From NCBI GenBank assembly GCA_907165135.1, contig OU015568.1:13950001-14014000 (forward strand): 64,000 nucleotides of DNA, given 5' to 3'. This document shows positions 61,344-64,000 of the stretch, one piece after another. How positions within the stretch are numbered: position 1 is the first letter of the stretch; the number at the start of each line of letters is the position of its first letter. The stretch comes from Oikopleura dioica (taxonomy: Eukaryota > Animalia > Chordata). The translations under genes were made by a program, and so were the position numbers. A model generated the notes under the pieces. That model had not been told where the DNA came from. It was given only the letters and a program-made list of their open reading frames with translations, and did no database searches.

Positions 61344-63835
61344 TTAGCCTAGTCCATGCGACGCCTTGATCTTACCGATAATATTTCCGTCGTTGCCACT
61401 CTCAGGGCGGATTCTCATCGTTGTCTTCGCAAATGAGTAGTATTTCCCACGGGCTAAATAGATTTCAGGGAATAAATCCTTCTCTTTTCTTACCTGATTG
61501 CCAAAAGACTCCGTCATGTACACCGGTGTACTTTCCATTGTGATAAACGCCGTTTAAATTTGAGCTACCACAGGCACTAAACCACCAGCCAGACTTTAGC
61601 CAGTATCCACAGCTGTACTTTGAGTGCCTAAAAATTATAGAATGCTCACTTCTATAGCCTCATACCTATCATTATCCTGATCAGGCGTTGAGAATCCTAC
61701 GTTGTTCCGATAGAAGCTATTTCCGGCGTTGCCTCGGACGTATTCTGCCTGTCGGACGGCATAATTCAAGCTTTCTCCGGTGATGGAAAAGCTAGAAAAA
61801 TTATTGCAAGTTCCCTAAATATCACCTACTTTTTGTATACAGCGGTGTAAGTGCGTCCATCAGTATCTTCCATTATGATTTCTAAGAGCATCGGTTTGTT
61901 CATTGTCAACCGGTAAATTGCTTCAAGGCCCAGCCACAGCTCACCGCCGCTCAACTAGAGAATATCTTTATTTACTTGTTTCTCTCCTTTTTCATTACTG
62001 TTCCGAAGCCATTTTTGTAATCGTTCCATCCTCTGGTAAAGTTTGTTTCGCCATCCACTCGGCGCTGGATTATTATCCAGCCTTTTCCCTTTATAAATTC
62101 GCAGCGAACAGTCAGCGCCTTATAAAAATAATAATTTCAGACTTTTTTCTATTCTTACCCTTCCACGAACGTCGCGGATTCCACTCATATCATATTTTCC
62201 GTCTACTGCATTAGGCCCGTCAAAGGCGCTACAGTCGGTCGCGTCAGTCTTTTTCGTGACCGGCTTCGATTTAGCAATTTGATACAACTCCCTTTCGAAT
62301 TGCTCAGGCATACTGATATCCGAGCGACTAGGCGAAGATTGATAGTTGTCTTGGTCGTTCCGGCGGTAAGACGACGGCTAAAGACGGTTGATTGGATATT
62401 GATTTTTATAAATACCTGTGGTTGTTTTTTATATCCTGCCATTTCATTCACAATCATATCCTTTCTTGGGATTAGAACTTTTTGACTTCTAATTAATTTT
62501 TGAGCTCTAAGACTTTCCTTCATTGTGCTGTGGATGGTGTTTACGCCGTCCATCATCTCCTCGAGAATTCGCTTCTTTTTCTCCATTACATCTACCATGT
62601 ATGCATATTTCTGATACATATTGTCTATCTCCCCAATTTTCGGCTTTAGGCTTTCTCAAGAAAGGATCAAACATATTTCGCCTTCCAATACTCGCTGTTC
62701 TCATTATTTGATCCGTTATCTAATGTTCTACTGACACGACTTAGCTTCTTTTCTTGCTCTTCAGTTCTTTCTTCAAGCCTCCTAGAATCCATGTCTACTG
62801 CGCCAAGCTCATTAATGATCTTGTAACTCGTCTCATCTTGTTCTGTCTTCACGCGATTTACCATATCGATCGTGCTAAAGACGCAGATAATTTATGTGAC
62901 TCGCGACAAATTTAATTTTTACCTTCTAAGTTGGCCCTCTAAATGAACAATTCTGTCCGGAATGTTTGCCAGAATCTCCTGGCATAAACGCTTTTGCTCA
63001 AAATTTCCAACAGGAAAGTTTGTCGTGCAGAAATCGGTCATCTCAACGGACCGTTCAAATGGGTTTTTGTAAGTCTTTGGTCTGTTGTAATTAAGTTCTT
63101 CTGTAAAGAGTGGTATCGGGATCGGCTGAGTTGTCGTCGTTCTCTTCGTTGTGGTGGTCCTCCTGGTTGTTGTAATTACTTGAGCAGGTCGAGGGGTAGT
63201 GTTTGGAGGCTGATACATGTTTTGAGCGGCGGGAGGATTATTTGACGAGTAGGAATTGTAATTGGTGTTGCTTGGCTAATTTAATACCGTCAGTTTCAAA
63301 AAGCTGTTTTCGCTGACCTGTTGTTGATAGTACCCATAATTATTTTGGCTTCCATAAGACGATTGACTGCTTGAGTAACTGTTGGACAAAGAACTGCTTG
63401 AAGAGGATGATCCGTAATTGTTCGACACGTTTCTAGGAGTTATTACGTAATTACCGTTGGTGACAACGGCCCTGTATCTACCTGTCTTTATTAGGTCGAC
63501 GGTATATGTTGCCCTTGTTAGAGACAAGTTCAATCTTCAATGGGTTCTTGACCACAATTCCCTGATTGAATCTGTAGCTTTCAAGAACTTTGTTGAAGTT
63601 GATCGCATTCGTGAGATCATTTTTCCTGTGATACAAAATCACTCTTTGTTGATGGCTCCGCTCAGTAGGGTCGGATGAGTAGCGATTGTACACAAATATT
63701 GGCGCTTTTACTTTTTCTTCGTAACTATAAAAATGATAGAGAAAAGAAAATTATAAATTTTTAGTTAACTTACGGGTCATTTTGCGCTAGAATCTGTCCA
63801 ATAAGGAACAGAATTAAAAATTTCCTTCTTTTCAT
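61344..63835 (-). CDS. Secreted coiled-coil plus fibrinogen C-terminal domain protein (angiopoietin/ficolin-like), multi-exon
   Basis: Signal peptide MKRRKFLILFLIGQILAQ, Ser/Thr-rich linker, coiled coil, then FSTPDQDND, GWWFSACGSSNLNGVY, DGVFW and YYSFAKTTMRIRP. Confidence 0.87.
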
Positions 63836-64000
63836 ATCTGCACTCTCAATTTATCGAATTTCGCATATTCCCTTCTCGCTGCTCTTGTGAAATGAAGTCA
63901 CACATTCGAAACCTGGAGCGTTTGATTAAGTCAAATTGATTGATTAAAACATTGATTAAAATTATTATTGGCATAAGTTAATTAAGCTCGCTACAAATCT

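Overview
Eukaryotic, very compact animal-type DNA: 38-50 nt introns and runs of co-oriented genes 18-355 nt apart. This resembles the larvacean tunicate Oikopleura dioica (inference; no database search was run). Host genes recognised: TRIP13/PCH2, WDR7, CCT5, RP2, TRMT61A, CCT3, HMMR, two C2H2 zinc-finger genes, VPS33, TIMM21-like, PIGS, ATOX1, URI1 and a secreted fibrinogen-domain protein. The dominant feature is a complete 22,885-bp Polinton/Maverick virus-like element (24544-47428) with AGTAGT...ACTACT termini, ~330-350 bp TIRs and a 6-bp TSD (CTCGAT), inserted into a 43-nt intron of HMMR. It encodes a packaging ATPase, DDE integrase, candidate minor capsid and basic core proteins, an adenain protease, a major capsid protein and a protein-primed PolB. 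At least 14 host-style spliceosomal mini-introns can be reconstructed in its genes (5 in pPolB, 2 in the capsid gene). Its accessory arm carries a RING E3 ligase, an acidic protein with two VIDLT SUMO-interacting motifs and a cyclin-docking motif, several small single-pass membrane proteins, and three related repeat arrays spaced ~7 kb apart. Also present: a young non-autonomous LTR element (14834-18534, identical 306-bp LTRs) inside a small gene, a PIF/Harbinger-type MITE in a VPS33 intron and a piggyBac-type MITE. Single-base indels in homopolymer runs occur in the element and in host WDR7, so the apparent frameshifts may be assembly errors.
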